Source: an uncultured Haloferula sp. (GTDB lineage: Bacteria; Verrucomicrobiota; Verrucomicrobiia; Verrucomicrobiales; Akkermansiaceae). Taken from it: 64,000 nt of DNA. The translations under genes and the position numbers were made by a program. The first letter of the stretch is position 1; every line of letters starts with the position of its first letter. Positions 47,909 to 58,882 of the stretch are shown piece by piece. The stretch covers positions 308,570 to 372,569 of the forward strand of contig CBFGTS010000002.1 of assembly GCA_965652295.1 (NCBI GenBank), read 5' to 3'. The notes under the pieces were generated by a model. That model was not told where the DNA came from, did not search any database, and saw nothing but the letters and a program-made list of their open reading frames with translations.

Positions 47909-48820
47909 CTACGGATCGCCCAAAGCCTCGCCCACCATCGCCGCGATCCCGGCAAAAGTTTCCTCGATCAGGCTCATCGGCCGGTCCTTGTTCCAGAACA
48001 CCGCCCACTCGCGCTCCATCGGCACGTCGCCGACGGTGATCGCCCTCAGGCTCCCCTCCTCAATCTCGCGGCGGGCCACCCACGGAGCGACGATGCCGAC
48101 CCCGATGCCGATCTTGGACATTTCCTTGATCGCCTCCACATCGCCCAAGGCCAGCGGAGCCCTCAGCCGGACCCCCATGCCCGCGAAATGCCTCTCGACC
48201 AAACCGTAAGTCTTGGTCGCCTTCGCATAGATGATGAACTGCGTCTCCTCGATTTCCTCCACCGGGCGCTCGTCCGTGTCGCTCCACGGATGCATCGGCG
48301 GCACCACGAAGATCATCTTGTCGTGGAAGATCGTCCGCGATTCGACATCGACGTCGTCTCCCCGCATGCCGATGACCACGTCGAGATCATGGTCCAGCAG
48401 CTTCTCCTGGAGGGCGGCGGTGTCGCCCGCCTCGATCATCGGCTCGCAACGCGGGAAGCAGTCCCTGAACTCGCGCAGCACCGTGGGCAGCAGGAACTGG
48501 CACAGCGAGTGCGGCGCTCCGATCCGGATCCGGTTCTGACCCCAGCGCTTCATCCCATCCAGCTCGCGGCCGGCCTGCTCGAGTTCGCCGAGCACCCGCC
48601 GGCAACGATTGAGAAACACCTCGCCCTCCCCTGTCAGAGCCGTCCGTTTTCCAAGCCGCGTGAGCAGCTTGCAGCCGAGGCTGTCCTCCAGCGCCTTCAT
48701 TGAGTGGCTGATGGCGGATTGTGTTAGAAAAAGCTTCTTCGCTGCGAGCGTGAAGCTCCCTTCGTCGGCGACAGCGACAAATGATCGAAGTTGGCGCAGG
48801 TCCGGTAACAGCTCACTCAT
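47909..48820 (-). CDS. LysR-type transcriptional regulator of the nitrate cluster
   Basis: SFTLAAKKLFLTQSAISHSMKALE winged HTH; 303 aa. Confidence 0.95.
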   Translation of the reverse strand: MSELLPDLRQLRSFVAVADEGSFTLAAKKLFLTQSAISHSMKALEDSLGCKLLTRLGKRTALTGEGEVFLNRCRRVLGELEQAGRELDGMKRWGQNRIRIGAPHSLCQFLLPTVLREFRDCFPRCEPMIEAGDTAALQEKLLDHDLDVVIGMRGDDVDVESRTIFHDKMIFVVPPMHPWSDTDERPVEEIEETQFIIYAKATKTYGLVERHFAGMGVRLRAPLALGDVEAIKEMSKIGIGVGIVAPWVARREIEEGSLRAITVGDVPMEREWAVFWNKDRPMSLIEETFAGIAAMVGEALGDP

Positions 48821-48898
48821 GAAGGGCTCTCATGAAAATTTCTTCCCGAAAAGAGCATGAGGCATGCCAATGCCGAAGAAGTTGGCATTGATCAAGCT
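48819..48898 (+). promoter_or_regulatory. LysR box (overlapping the lysR start codon) plus sigma54-like promoter for the NasS-like gene
   Basis: ATGA-AGGGCTC-TCAT at 48819-48833; TGGCATTGATCAAGCT at 48883-48898. Confidence 0.72.
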
Positions 48899-48910
48899 TT
48901 GCGAAGCGAC

Positions 48911-49945
48911 ATGCCGCCCGTTGACTCCCGCTCGCCGATCCGCCTCGGTTTCGTCCCCCTGAATGACTGCGCCCCCGTCGCCGTCGCCAAGGAACTCGGA
49001 ATTTTCGAGCAATACGGTCTCAAGGTGCGGCTCTCGCGCCAGCCCGGCTGGGCCACCGTCCGCGACATGCTTCTCTATGGTGAGCTCGACGCCGCCCAGT
49101 CGATCGCCGGCCTCGCCTTCCACCTCGCCCTCGGGCTCAGCCGGCTGCGCCGCGAGGTCGCCGTCCCGTTGATCCTCAGCGCCCACGGAAATGCCATCAC
49201 CCTTTCGAACGACATCCCCCACGACATCGTCGGCCACGGTGAAGGCCTCGCCGGATTCATCGCCCACCGTTGGAAGAGGAACCGGCCGCTCACCCTCGCT
49301 GCCGCCCACCGTTTTTCCTCCCACCACATCCTCATGCAGGCCTGGCTGCACCGCCATGGTCTCAAGGGCGGACGCGAGCTTGAGCTCGTATTTCTCCCCC
49401 CGCCCCTGATGCCCGGCCACCTCGCGGCGGGGCACATCGATGGCTTTTGTGTCGGCGAGCCTTGGAACTCGGAGGCCATTCTCAACGGGCACGGCTGGAG
49501 CCCGGTGACCTCCGCCGATCTCGCCACGGGCCACCCCGAAAAGATCCTCCTCATCGATGGCAACTTCGTCGGTGAGCGGCGCGACGACACCGTCGCCCTC
49601 GGGGCCGCCCTGCTCCACTCCTGCCGCATGTGCCAGGATCCCGATTTCCTCGATGAGATGGTGAGAATTCTCGCCATGCCCGCCTACACCGGCTGCTCGG
49701 AGAAAACCCTGCGCAACAGCCTCGGGCCGAGATTCAACTCCGGGCGCGGGATGCTCGATGGTTCCAACCTCCATCTCTTCTTCGGTGGCGACCTCAACTG
49801 CCCCAGTGCCGACAAGGCCTCATGGTTCCTCTCCGGCATGCGCAACACCGGTCTGCTGCCCGACAACATCACCGCCTCGTCGCTGACCCGCCTCTATCGC
49901 CAGGACCTTTTCCGCTCCTCCGAAAAGGCGATGATGCCCGCATGA
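48911..49945 (+). CDS. CmpA/NrtA-fold protein without signal peptide (NasS-like cytoplasmic nitrate/nitrite sensor)
   Basis: RLGFVPLNDCAP, GNAITLS, PPPLMP, GFCVGEPWN and HPEK motifs; no N-terminal hydrophobic segment; ATG at 48911 lies just downstream of the promoter. Confidence 0.8.
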   Translation: MPPVDSRSPIRLGFVPLNDCAPVAVAKELGIFEQYGLKVRLSRQPGWATVRDMLLYGELDAAQSIAGLAFHLALGLSRLRREVAVPLILSAHGNAITLSNDIPHDIVGHGEGLAGFIAHRWKRNRPLTLAAAHRFSSHHILMQAWLHRHGLKGGRELELVFLPPPLMPGHLAAGHIDGFCVGEPWNSEAILNGHGWSPVTSADLATGHPEKILLIDGNFVGERRDDTVALGAALLHSCRMCQDPDFLDEMVRILAMPAYTGCSEKTLRNSLGPRFNSGRGMLDGSNLHLFFGGDLNCPSADKASWFLSGMRNTGLLPDNITASSLTRLYRQDLFRSSEKAMMPA

Positions 49946-50020
49946 ACGGAACTCATCGGACGCATCGAGTTTCCTCTCTCATCATTCATGGTTGGAGCCC
50001 GCCTTGGCATGCCCCCCGCT
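49942..50020 (+). promoter_or_regulatory. LysR box plus sigma54-like promoter (narK-kinase)
   Basis: ATGA-ACGGAAC-TCAT at 49942-49956; TGGCATGCCCCCCGCT at 50005-50020. Confidence 0.72.
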
Positions 50021-50046
50021 GATGGAAACGAACTCCGAGCGTTTCC

Positions 50047-51528
50047 ATGAGCACTCCATCCCAAGGCAAACTCAATCTCTTCGACTTCAAGGCACCGTCC
50101 ATCCGGACACTCCACGTCACGTGGTTCGCCTTCTTCCTGACCTTCGTCCTGTGGTTCAGCCACGCGCCGATGAAGGACGCGATCACCACCGCCTTTGGCA
50201 TGACCAATGCGCAGTGGAAAGCACTCCTCATTCTCAATGTCGCGCTCACCATCCCATCGCGGATTGTGATCGGCATCCTCGTGGATAAGTTCGGGCCGCG
50301 GTTGACCTACTCGCTTCTCCTCATGAGCGCGGGGGTGCTGTGCTCGTTCTTCGCTCTGGCACGGAGTTTCGAAATGCTGGCGCTCGCCCGGTTCCTCATG
50401 GGCTTCGTCGGCGCGGGTTTCGTGATCGGAATCCGGCTGGTGGGCGAGTGGTTTCCGGCACGCCAGGTCGGTCTGGCCGAGGGCGTCTACGGCGGATGGG
50501 GGAATTTCGGATCGGCCGCCGCGGCCATGATCCTTCCCTCGCTCGCGTTGGCCTTCGGCGGAGAAGACGGCTGGAGATATGCGCTGCTTTCCATCTCCGC
50601 CATCGCTTTCCTTTACGGCATCCTCTTCTACCGCGTCGCCCGCAACACACCCAAGGGTTCGACCTATTTCAAGCCAAAGAAGTCCGGCGGACTTGAGGTC
50701 TCCACGCGCCGCGATTTCGGGTTCCTGCTCGCCATGAACGTGCCGATGTTCCTCGCGCTCGGCGTGCTGGCGTGGAAACTCTCGCCCTCCGGCGTGAACC
50801 TCCTCCCGCAGCCGTTGGTTTACCTTCTCTATCTCGTTCTCGTCGTCCTCTTCGCCATCCAGACATGGCAGATCTGGCGGGTGAATGCGGACATGCTCAA
50901 GACCGGCGGAGTGCCCCAGCACCAGCGCTACTCGTTCCGGCAGGTCGCGATCCTCGACGTGAACTATTTCATCACCTTCGGCTCGGAGCTGGCGGTCGTC
51001 TCCATGCTTCCCGCCTTCTTCGCCGACACCTTCGGCCTCAGCCCCGTCACCGCCGGCCTGCTCGCCTCCGGCTTCGCCTTCATGAACCTCGCCGCCCGGC
51101 CGGGTGGCGGATGGATCTCCGACAAGTTCGGCCGCCGCAAGTCGATGCTGATCCTCCTCGCCGGCCTCGCCGTCGGCTATCTCCTCCTTTCGCGCATCGA
51201 TTCCGGCTGGCCGGTCGCCCTCGCCGTGGTGGCCACCATGTGCTGCTCGTTCTTCGTTCAGGCGGGTGAGGGTGCCGTGTTCGCCATGGTGCCGCTCATC
51301 CAGCGCCGCATGACCGGCCAGATCGCCGGCATGGCCGGAGCTTATGGAAACGTCGGCGGCGTCACCTTTCTCACCATCTACTCGTTCGTCGATGCCTCCA
51401 CCTTCTTCGTGATCATCGCCGCCTCATCCATCATCGGCTTCTTCGCCTCCTTCTTCCTCGCCGAACCCCAAGGCCACATCACCGAGGTCGCGGAAGACGG
51501 CTCGGTGCAGCTTATCGAAGTGGCGTGA
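50047..51528 (+). CDS. narK: NarK/NasA-family MFS nitrate/nitrite transporter
   Basis: [24 protein letters not shown] nitrate signature, [12 protein letters not shown] and GAYGNVG motifs. Confidence 0.92.
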   Translation: MSTPSQGKLNLFDFKAPSIRTLHVTWFAFFLTFVLWFSHAPMKDAITTAFGMTNAQWKALLILNVALTIPSRIVIGILVDKFGPRLTYSLLLMSAGVLCSFFALARSFEMLALARFLMGFVGAGFVIGIRLVGEWFPARQVGLAEGVYGGWGNFGSAAAAMILPSLALAFGGEDGWRYALLSISAIAFLYGILFYRVARNTPKGSTYFKPKKSGGLEVSTRRDFGFLLAMNVPMFLALGVLAWKLSPSGVNLLPQPLVYLLYLVLVVLFAIQTWQIWRVNADMLKTGGVPQHQRYSFRQVAILDVNYFITFGSELAVVSMLPAFFADTFGLSPVTAGLLASGFAFMNLAARPGGGWISDKFGRRKSMLILLAGLAVGYLLLSRIDSGWPVALAVVATMCCSFFVQAGEGAVFAMVPLIQRRMTGQIAGMAGAYGNVGGVTFLTIYSFVDASTFFVIIAASSIIGFFASFFLAEPQGHITEVAEDGSVQLIEVA

Positions 51529-51538
51529 CCCGCCTCCG

Positions 51539-53314
51539 GTGAACAACCGCTCCACGTACCCCTCGCCATCCCCGGCCCACCCGGCTAGGGATGGCTTCGT
51601 GCATCTCAAGGGAAACATCGGTTTGGACAGCGGGCGGTTCACCCACCCCGGCCCGAAACCGGAGAACCAGGACTTCCTCGGCATGCGCGTGCCGGAAGAC
51701 TCGCTGCTCGCCACCAAGGGCATCGCCGCCTGCATCGCCGATGGAGTTTCCGCCGCCTCCGCCGCCCGCGAGGCCGCCGAGACCTGCGTCCGCACCTTTC
51801 TCACCGACTACTTCGAAACGCCGGAATCCTGGCAGGTCAAAACCGCCGGGCAGCGCGTCCTGACCTCCATCAACCGCTGGCTCTTTTCGCAGGGACAGCG
51901 GCATTCGTCCGCGGAGAAGGGCTGCGTCACCACCTTCACCGCCGTCGTCCTCAAGTCCCACACCGCCCACATCTTCCACATCGGGGATTCCCGGCTCTAT
52001 CGCCTGCGCGAGGGCGAGGTGGAGCAAGTGACCCGCGACCACTCCGCCCGCGTCTCCGCCGACACCTGCTACCTGACCCGCGCGATGGGAATCACGCTGA
52101 ACCCGCGGATCGACTACCACACCCTTCCGCTCGCCGCCGGGGACCTACTGGTCCTCACCACCGATGGCATCCACGATTTCATCCCCCGCCCGGAGTTTCA
52201 CGAGATCCTCCGCCAGGACGACTCCCCCCAGGAAATCGCCGACCGCCTCGGTGCCGCAGCCGCCGGCAGCAACGACAACCGCTCAGCTCTGGTTCTCCGC
52301 ATCGATTCGCTTCCGGACGAGGATCAGGACGATGTCTTCCGGCAGCTTGCGCCGCTGCCGTTCCCCCCTCCACTGCTTCCGGGACAATCGATTGATGGCC
52401 TCCGCGTTGAAAAACTCGTCGCCGAATCGCCGCGCTCGCAGCTCTACCTCGTACACGACACGTTGGACGGCGACCGCCCGTTCGTCATCAAGACGCCCTC
52501 CGCGAACTTCGATGGCGATGCTTCCTACCTCGAGCGCTTCGCCTTTGAAGAATGGATCGGCCTGCGCACCGACAGCCCCCACCTCGTCAGAGCCGTCCGC
52601 CGTTCCCAGCCACGCCGGTTCCTCTATTACCTTCTCGAACCCGTCGATGGACCCAGCCTCGCCCAGTGGGTCCGCGATCATCCCCGGCCGCCCGTCCACC
52701 AGGTGATCCACCTCGTGAAAGGCATCGTCGCCGGAGTCCGCGCGCTCCACCGGCAGGACACCTTGCACCAGGATCTCAAGCCCGAGAACATCCTCATCGA
52801 TTCGGACGGCACGGTGAAGATCATCGACTACGGCAGTTGCCGTATCGGCGGCATCGGGGAGATCGCCTCCCCGTTCCAGCGGGAAACCGCGCTCGGCACC
52901 GTCGATTTCTCCGCACCGGAATACCGCCTCGGCTCCAGCCCGACCTCGCGCTCCGACCTCTTCTCGATCGCCGCCATCACCTACCACCTCCTCACCGGCG
53001 GCGAGCACCCCTTCGGACCACAGTGGGAAAAGGCCCGCACGCTCCGCGAGTTTCACCAGCTCCGCTATATCAGCACCATCGTCCACAACCCGATGGTCCC
53101 CCTGTGGATGGACGCCACCCTCCGCAAGGCCCTTTCCATCCTCCCCGAGCATCGGCATGAATCGATGTCGGAGTTCGTCACCTACCTCCAGCAGCCTGAT
53201 CCGTCGCTCGTCACGCCCGGACCGGTACCTCTCGCCCAGCGAAATCCCCTGCTTTTCTGGAAGCTCGTCGCCTTGTTCTTCTTCCTCGCCTGGGTAGCGA
53301 GCCTGCTCTTCTGA
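51539..53314 (+). CDS. Bifunctional PP2C phosphatase / Ser-Thr protein kinase with C-terminal TM segment (start uncertain; GTG at 51599 possible)
   Basis: NQD, IADGVS, HIGDSRLY, LTRAMG and TDG (PP2C); VIK, HQDLKPENILI, IIDYG and APEY (kinase). Confidence 0.9.
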   Translation: MNNRSTYPSPSPAHPARDGFVHLKGNIGLDSGRFTHPGPKPENQDFLGMRVPEDSLLATKGIAACIADGVSAASAAREAAETCVRTFLTDYFETPESWQVKTAGQRVLTSINRWLFSQGQRHSSAEKGCVTTFTAVVLKSHTAHIFHIGDSRLYRLREGEVEQVTRDHSARVSADTCYLTRAMGITLNPRIDYHTLPLAAGDLLVLTTDGIHDFIPRPEFHEILRQDDSPQEIADRLGAAAAGSNDNRSALVLRIDSLPDEDQDDVFRQLAPLPFPPPLLPGQSIDGLRVEKLVAESPRSQLYLVHDTLDGDRPFVIKTPSANFDGDASYLERFAFEEWIGLRTDSPHLVRAVRRSQPRRFLYYLLEPVDGPSLAQWVRDHPRPPVHQVIHLVKGIVAGVRALHRQDTLHQDLKPENILIDSDGTVKIIDYGSCRIGGIGEIASPFQRETALGTVDFSAPEYRLGSSPTSRSDLFSIAAITYHLLTGGEHPFGPQWEKARTLREFHQLRYISTIVHNPMVPLWMDATLRKALSILPEHRHESMSEFVTYLQQPDPSLVTPGPVPLAQRNPLLFWKLVALFFFLAWVASLLF

Positions 53315-53322
53315 GACCCACA

Positions 53323-53524
53323 ATGACCCATGGTCATCCGAATGGAGCAAGTCCATGGATCGCGCTCATATCAGAGCCGTTCCGGGACCGCGGCGCCACC
53401 TTCGACCAACCCCCATCCCCTTCATGTTGAGGAAGTTAGATCGCATGCGGCCGCTTCACCTTGAACATGAAAAGGAAGCAGTGGCGATCATACCATGAAC
53501 CGGAGCCCGGGCATGCCAGGCGCT
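53323..53524 (+). promoter_or_regulatory. Several LysR boxes plus sigma54-like promoter (nrtABCD)
   Basis: Perfect ATGA-N7-TCAT at 53323-53337; variants at 53355-53369 and 53445-53459; GGGCATGCCAGGCGCT at 53509-53524. Confidence 0.68.
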
Positions 53525-53555
53525 TATTGGGAGTTGATCCGCCAACTCCAACATC

Positions 53556-54911
53556 ATGCAAATTCGTCACACCATCCTCCTCACCGCCCTCACCCTCGGC
53601 TCGCTCTCCGCGGAGCAGCTCGCCGTCGAAAAGGACGAGCTGAAGCTCGGCTTCATCAAGCTGACCGACTGCGCCCCGATCGTCATCGCCAAGGAAAAAG
53701 GCTTTTTTGAAGACGAGGGCCTCCAGGTCGAAGTCATCGCCCAGTCCAACTGGAAAGTCCTCCTCGACAACGTCATCACCGGCAACCTCGACGGTGCCCA
53801 CATGCTTTCCGGTCAACCGATCGCCGCCACCATCGGCATCGGCACCGAAGCTCACGTGGTGACCCCGTTCACCATGGACCTCAACGGCAACGGCATCACC
53901 GTCTCCAACGCCGTCTGGGAGCAGATGCAGGAAAACGACCCCGACCTCGACACCGACGAACCGGAGCACCCGATCTCCGCCGATGCGCTCAAGCCGATCG
54001 CCGACGAACTCCTCGCCGAGGGCAAGAAGCTCCAGATGGGCATGGTCTTCCCGGTCTCCACCCACAACTACGAACTCCGCTACTGGCTCGCCGCCTCCGA
54101 GATCCATCCCGGATATTACTCCAAGACCGACCTCGCCGGCCGCACCGACGCCGAAGTCGAACTCTCCGTCACGCCCCCGCCGCAGATGCCCGCCACCCTC
54201 GAGGCCGGCACCATCTCCGGCTACTGCGTCGGCGAGCCGTGGAACCAGCAGGCCGTCGCCAAAGGCATCGGCGTCCCCGTCACCACGAACTACGACATCT
54301 GGAAAAACAATCCGGAGAAGGTTTTCGGCGTCACCAAGAAGTTCGCTGATGAAAATCCGAAGACCCTCATCGCCCTCACCAAAGCCCTGATCCGGGCGGG
54401 GAAATGGCTCGATGCCACGGAGGGCGACAAGCTCGTCAACCGCGAGGAAGCCTGCCGCATCCTCTCGCAGCCGAACTATGTGGGTGCCGACTTCGAGGTC
54501 ATCAAGAACTCCATGACCGGCACTTTCATCTTCCAGAAGACGGACGTCCGCGACATGCCCGACTTCAATGTCTTCTTCAAACACGACTGCACCTACCCTT
54601 GGTATTCCGACGGCGTGTGGTTCCTCACCCAGATGCGCCGCTGGGGCCAGATCACCGAGCCCAAGCCCGCCTCCTGGTATCAGGAAATCGCGAAAAAGGT
54701 CTACCTCCCCGACGTCTACATGAAGGCCGCCGAGTCGCTGCTTGCCGAAGGCAACCTTGAGGAAAGCGAAATGCCGAAGACCGAGGATGGCTACAAGCCC
54801 ATCACCACCGACTTCATCGATGGCAACGCGTTCGATGGCCATAAGCCCATCGAATACCTCAACTCCTTCAAAATCGGCATCAAGGACGACCCGTCCCTCG
54901 CCACCAAATAA
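53556..54911 (+). CDS. nrtA: Nitrate ABC transporter substrate-binding protein (NrtA/CmpA family)
   Basis: Signal peptide; [32 protein letters not shown] and [11 protein letters not shown] motifs. Confidence 0.9.
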   Translation: MQIRHTILLTALTLGSLSAEQLAVEKDELKLGFIKLTDCAPIVIAKEKGFFEDEGLQVEVIAQSNWKVLLDNVITGNLDGAHMLSGQPIAATIGIGTEAHVVTPFTMDLNGNGITVSNAVWEQMQENDPDLDTDEPEHPISADALKPIADELLAEGKKLQMGMVFPVSTHNYELRYWLAASEIHPGYYSKTDLAGRTDAEVELSVTPPPQMPATLEAGTISGYCVGEPWNQQAVAKGIGVPVTTNYDIWKNNPEKVFGVTKKFADENPKTLIALTKALIRAGKWLDATEGDKLVNREEACRILSQPNYVGADFEVIKNSMTGTFIFQKTDVRDMPDFNVFFKHDCTYPWYSDGVWFLTQMRRWGQITEPKPASWYQEIAKKVYLPDVYMKAAESLLAEGNLEESEMPKTEDGYKPITTDFIDGNAFDGHKPIEYLNSFKIGIKDDPSLATK

Positions 54912-54925
54912 GTCAACATCACCGT

Positions 54926-54953
54926 GGAGAGCGGGCACCCCTGTCCGCTCTCC
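54926..54953. repeat. REP-like palindrome/hairpin after nrtA
   Basis: GGAGAGCGGGCA-CCCC-TGTCCGCTCTCC. Confidence 0.65.
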
Positions 54954-55013
54954 TGCATTTCCCTTTCTCCTTTTCACCTTCCACCCGCTCCCCGCCCTCG
55001 GCGCCATTCTGTT

Positions 55014-56615
55014 ATGAAATACAAGCTCCTCAAGGTCATCGATACCGCCGGCCTGAGCTTTCTCTCGCCGGTCGTCCGACTCGTCACCGGCGAGGAACCC
55101 CGGAAGCAGGTCAAGGACATCGCCCGCTTCATCGTGGTGCCGGTGCTCGCCTTCCTCGCCTTCCTCTGGCTGTGGGCGATGGTTGCGCCCAAGCACAAGA
55201 CCAAGGCCGGTGAGGTTCCGACACCCTCCGTCGTCTGGGACGCGGGAAAGGGCGTCTGGCTCTTCCATCAACGCGAGACCGCCAAAGAAGACGGCTTCCT
55301 CCTCACCGGTACCGCCCGTGAGACGGAAATGAAGAACGCCACCGAGCGTCTGGCCGAGGTGGAGAAACTCGAAGTCCTGGCCAAAGAACAGCTCGCCGCC
55401 GCGCGCGAGTCCTCGAAGGAGCGTTTCGACGCAGCCGTCGCCCCGACCAAGAACGCCTACGACGCCAAGCGCGACGAATACCGCGACTTCCGCAAGAACA
55501 GCGCCACGGCCCTCAAGGCCGAGGCCGCCACCCTGGCCACCGCACCCGCCGAAGTCCGCATGGCCTTCCTGGCGAAGCTCCGTGAGAACGAGAGAACCGA
55601 GGCCGCGCTCAAAGCCGAGGTCGATGCCCTCAAAACGAAATACACCGCAGCTCAGGAACTCACCTTTCCCCAGGTGAAATCCGCTCTCCGCGCGTCCACC
55701 CTGCTCGGTGAGGAAAAGCAGTTCCTCACGAAATACATCGACATGCTCGGTGACAACTCCCGCGAGGTGAAGTTCCACGCCGCCAAGGACAAGCTCGCCC
55801 AAACCCGGAAACAGTTCCTCACCGCCACCGATGGCGATCTTTACAAGCTCGGCACCGGCATCATCAAGAACGAGGACTTCCTCCAGACCACCGCAAGCTC
55901 CCAATACGCCAAGCCCTGGACCCTGCCCAAGCAGATCATCCGCTCGCTGTTCTGCGTCTTCGCCGGCTTCCTCATCGCCTCCGCCATCGCCATTCCCATC
56001 GGCATCCTGTGCGGACTCTCCCCCACCTTCATGGCGGCCGTCACCCCCTTCATCGCCCTCTTCAAGCCCGTCTCACCCCTCGTCTGGCTACCCATCGTCA
56101 TGATCATCGTCGGGGGCTTCATGCCCGATCCCGAAAACCACTGGCTGGTCACCGCCCTCGGCAAGGTCCCGGTCATCAAGGACTACAGCATCGACCCGAT
56201 GTTCATCTCCTCCGCCATCACCGTCGCCCTCTGCTCACTGTGGGCCACCTTGGTCAATACCGCGCTCGGCGTCGGTTCGATCGACAAGGACCACCTGAAC
56301 GTCGCCCGCGTCCTGCGCCTCGGATTCACTTCGCGGCTGGTGAAGATCATCATCCCCACCGCCCTGCCGCTCATCTTCGCCGGCCTCCGCATCTCGCTCG
56401 GCGTCGGCTGGATGGTCCTCGTCGCCGCCGAGATCCTTTCCACCTCCGAAGGCATCGGGAAATTCGTCAACGACATGTATACCAACGGATCGTCGCAGTC
56501 CTTCGCCCAGATGTTCGTGGTGGTCTTCATCGTCGGCTTCATCGGCATGCTGCTGGACCGGATCATGGTCTTCCTCCAGCGCCTTGTCTCCTTCGACACC
56601 GCCCCCGCCCTCTGA
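55014..56615 (+). CDS. nrtB: Nitrate ABC transporter permease with a long helical extramembrane insertion
   Basis: [19 protein letters not shown] and [17 protein letters not shown] motifs; ATG at 55014. Confidence 0.88.
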   Translation: MKYKLLKVIDTAGLSFLSPVVRLVTGEEPRKQVKDIARFIVVPVLAFLAFLWLWAMVAPKHKTKAGEVPTPSVVWDAGKGVWLFHQRETAKEDGFLLTGTARETEMKNATERLAEVEKLEVLAKEQLAAARESSKERFDAAVAPTKNAYDAKRDEYRDFRKNSATALKAEAATLATAPAEVRMAFLAKLRENERTEAALKAEVDALKTKYTAAQELTFPQVKSALRASTLLGEEKQFLTKYIDMLGDNSREVKFHAAKDKLAQTRKQFLTATDGDLYKLGTGIIKNEDFLQTTASSQYAKPWTLPKQIIRSLFCVFAGFLIASAIAIPIGILCGLSPTFMAAVTPFIALFKPVSPLVWLPIVMIIVGGFMPDPENHWLVTALGKVPVIKDYSIDPMFISSAITVALCSLWATLVNTALGVGSIDKDHLNVARVLRLGFTSRLVKIIIPTALPLIFAGLRISLGVGWMVLVAAEILSTSEGIGKFVNDMYTNGSSQSFAQMFVVVFIVGFIGMLLDRIMVFLQRLVSFDTAPAL

Positions 56616-56626
56616 ACGAAGCGGCG

Positions 56627-57559
56627 ATGATGGAACCGGCATCATCTACCATGAACACCGTATCTTTCCCCAAAAGCATGCCTTTTCTCGAACTTGACCA
56701 AGTGTCCATCGGTTTCGGCCCGGAGAACACGCGGGTCGATGTCCTCAAGGACGTCAACCTCTCCGTCGCCGAGAACGAATTCGTCGCCGTCATCGGCTTT
56801 TCCGGTGCCGGAAAATCGACGCTCGTCTCACTCCTCGCCGGCCTGGAACGCCCCACCGCCGGCGAAGTCCGGATGGCTGGCGAAAGGATCACCCACCCCG
56901 GACCCCGGCGCGGTGTGATGTTCCAGTCCTACTCGCTGCTGCCCTGGCTGACCGTTTACGGAAACATCCAGCTCGCCGTGAAGCAGGTCTTTCCCGGTAA
57001 ATCCAAGGCCGAGGTGAAGGAACACGTCGAGCGCTACATCGAGATGGTCCACCTCACCCCGGCCCGCGACAAGCGGCCGCACGAACTCTCCGGCGGCATG
57101 CGCCAGCGGGTTTCCCTGGCACGCACGCTGTCCATGCAGCCCGAGGTCCTGCTGCTCGACGAACCCCTTTCCGCGCTCGACGCCCTCACCCGCTCCGTCC
57201 TCCAGGACGAGATTCTCCAGATCTGGGAGCAGGAGAAGAAGACCGTCGTCCTCATCACCAACGACGTGGATGAGGCCATCCTCATGGCCGACCGGATCAT
57301 CCCGCTCACCATGGGGCCCGAGGCCACCCTCGCCGACGCCTTTCCCATCACCCTCCAGCGCCCGCGCGATCGCCGCACCTTGACCGACGATCCCGAATAC
57401 CAGCGCCTCAAGGCCGACATCACCTCCTACCTCGTCGGCCTCAACAAGGAGGCCCGAGCTCTCCGCGGCAACAACATCCTCACCATGCCCGAGGTCGCCC
57501 CACGCGACTTCAAGGCCCCGTCCAAAATCCGCGGCCTCCGGTGGAAGAACACCGCGTGA
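56627..57559 (+). CDS. nrtC: Nitrate ABC transporter ATP-binding protein (start may be 56651 or 56678)
   Basis: GFSGAGKST Walker [20 protein letters not shown]. Confidence 0.88.
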   Translation: MMEPASSTMNTVSFPKSMPFLELDQVSIGFGPENTRVDVLKDVNLSVAENEFVAVIGFSGAGKSTLVSLLAGLERPTAGEVRMAGERITHPGPRRGVMFQSYSLLPWLTVYGNIQLAVKQVFPGKSKAEVKEHVERYIEMVHLTPARDKRPHELSGGMRQRVSLARTLSMQPEVLLLDEPLSALDALTRSVLQDEILQIWEQEKKTVVLITNDVDEAILMADRIIPLTMGPEATLADAFPITLQRPRDRRTLTDDPEYQRLKADITSYLVGLNKEARALRGNNILTMPEVAPRDFKAPSKIRGLRWKNTA

Positions 57560-57574
57560 AGCCCATGCCCATCC

Positions 57575-57982
57575 ATGCGCTCCCTGCCTCCACCACTTCG
57601 CTACTTCGCGGGTCTGCGGACTCCGCGCCTGGTGCTCTGGTGCTACCTGGTCTGGTACCTCGTCACCGTCGCCCACGAGTTCTCCCCCAGCCCGCGGCTG
57701 TGGATGAACTCGCTGGGCATCAGCGGCGTCATCGGGCTGGCGCTGCTGCTGAGTGTCAGCTCCTCCGGCCGGGACTCATGGCAAACGTTCCGGCTCTTCC
57801 TGATGCCATTCTGCGTTTCCAGTTTCTCCGGCCTCATCAAGGACCGGGGCTACTTCCTCATTTTCCCGCCCGATGTGGCCCAGCTTCTTCTGACCACCGG
57901 CACCTGCGCCGGCTTCGTCCTCGTCGTCGCCCTTCTCAAGTGGCTCTCCACCGCGTCGGCCACCGTCACCGCTAAATCCTGA
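57575..57982 (+). CDS. Hypothetical 4-TM membrane protein within the nrt operon
   Basis: Four hydrophobic segments; fills the gap between the two ATPase genes on the same strand with 15- and 5-nt spacers. Confidence 0.75.
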   Translation: MRSLPPPLRYFAGLRTPRLVLWCYLVWYLVTVAHEFSPSPRLWMNSLGISGVIGLALLLSVSSSGRDSWQTFRLFLMPFCVSSFSGLIKDRGYFLIFPPDVAQLLLTTGTCAGFVLVVALLKWLSTASATVTAKS

Positions 57983-57987
57983 TTCCC

Positions 57988-58860
57988 ATGCGTTCCGTCG
58001 AAATCTTCAATCTCGCCAAGTTCTACCCCAACCCCTACGGCGAACCGTTCAAGGCCGTCGTCGATTTCAATCTGAACATCGAGCAGGGCGAATTCGTCGG
58101 CCTCATCGGCCACTCCGGCTGCGGCAAGTCCACCGTTCTTACCATGCTCGCCGGCCTCAATGAGATCTCCGATGGCGGCATCGTGGTCAACGGCCGGGAA
58201 ATCGACGGCGCCGGTCCCGACCGCGCCGTGGTCTTCCAATCGCCCTGCCTCATGCCCTGGCTCACCGCCTATGGCAACGTGATGCTGGGCGTGAAAAACG
58301 TCTACCCGCATGCCACCAAGGCCGAGCGCAAGCAGATCGTCGAATACGCGCTTTCATCCGTCGGCCTCGCCGACTCGATGAAGAAATACCCGCGCGAAAT
58401 GTCCGGCGGCATGCAGCAGCGCGTCGGCATCGCCCGCGCGATCGCCCTGAAACCGAAGCTCCTCCTCCTCGACGAGCCCTTCGGCCGCCTCGACTCCCTC
58501 ACCCGCATGGAACTCCAGGACGTCATGCTCGACATCCTCAACCGCGAGAAGATCACCACCGTTCTCGTCTCCCACGACGTCGATGAGGTCGTCTTCCTCT
58601 GCGATCGCGTCGTGATGATGACCAACGGTCCGTCCGCGACCATCGGCGAGATCCTCCGCATCGATTTCGACCGCCCACGCGACCGCGCCACCATGCTCCA
58701 CGACCCGCTCTACTTCCGCTGCCTCGATCACCTCGTCTCCTTCCTCACCGAGCGCGCCCACCTCCGCACCGAGCCCCGCATCCACGATTCCAACAGCCTC
58801 CTCACCTTTCTCGGCCGCAAGCTCGAATCTGCCGAAGAACTCTCCCAAGCCGTCGCCTGA
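57988..58860 (+). CDS. nrtD: Nitrate ABC transporter ATP-binding protein
   Basis: [38 protein letters not shown]. Confidence 0.88.
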   Translation: MRSVEIFNLAKFYPNPYGEPFKAVVDFNLNIEQGEFVGLIGHSGCGKSTVLTMLAGLNEISDGGIVVNGREIDGAGPDRAVVFQSPCLMPWLTAYGNVMLGVKNVYPHATKAERKQIVEYALSSVGLADSMKKYPREMSGGMQQRVGIARAIALKPKLLLLDEPFGRLDSLTRMELQDVMLDILNREKITTVLVSHDVDEVVFLCDRVVMMTNGPSATIGEILRIDFDRPRDRATMLHDPLYFRCLDHLVSFLTERAHLRTEPRIHDSNSLLTFLGRKLESAEELSQAVA

Positions 58861-58882
58861 CCAAAGAAGGAGGCCCCACCTA

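Noticed and set aside
53436..55904. Long antisense ORFs (also 32215-34677, 29922-31973, 21391-23145, 19120-20772, 9645-11387)
   Set aside because: These are shadow frames opposite well-supported genes, expected in high-GC DNA, with no recognisable motifs.
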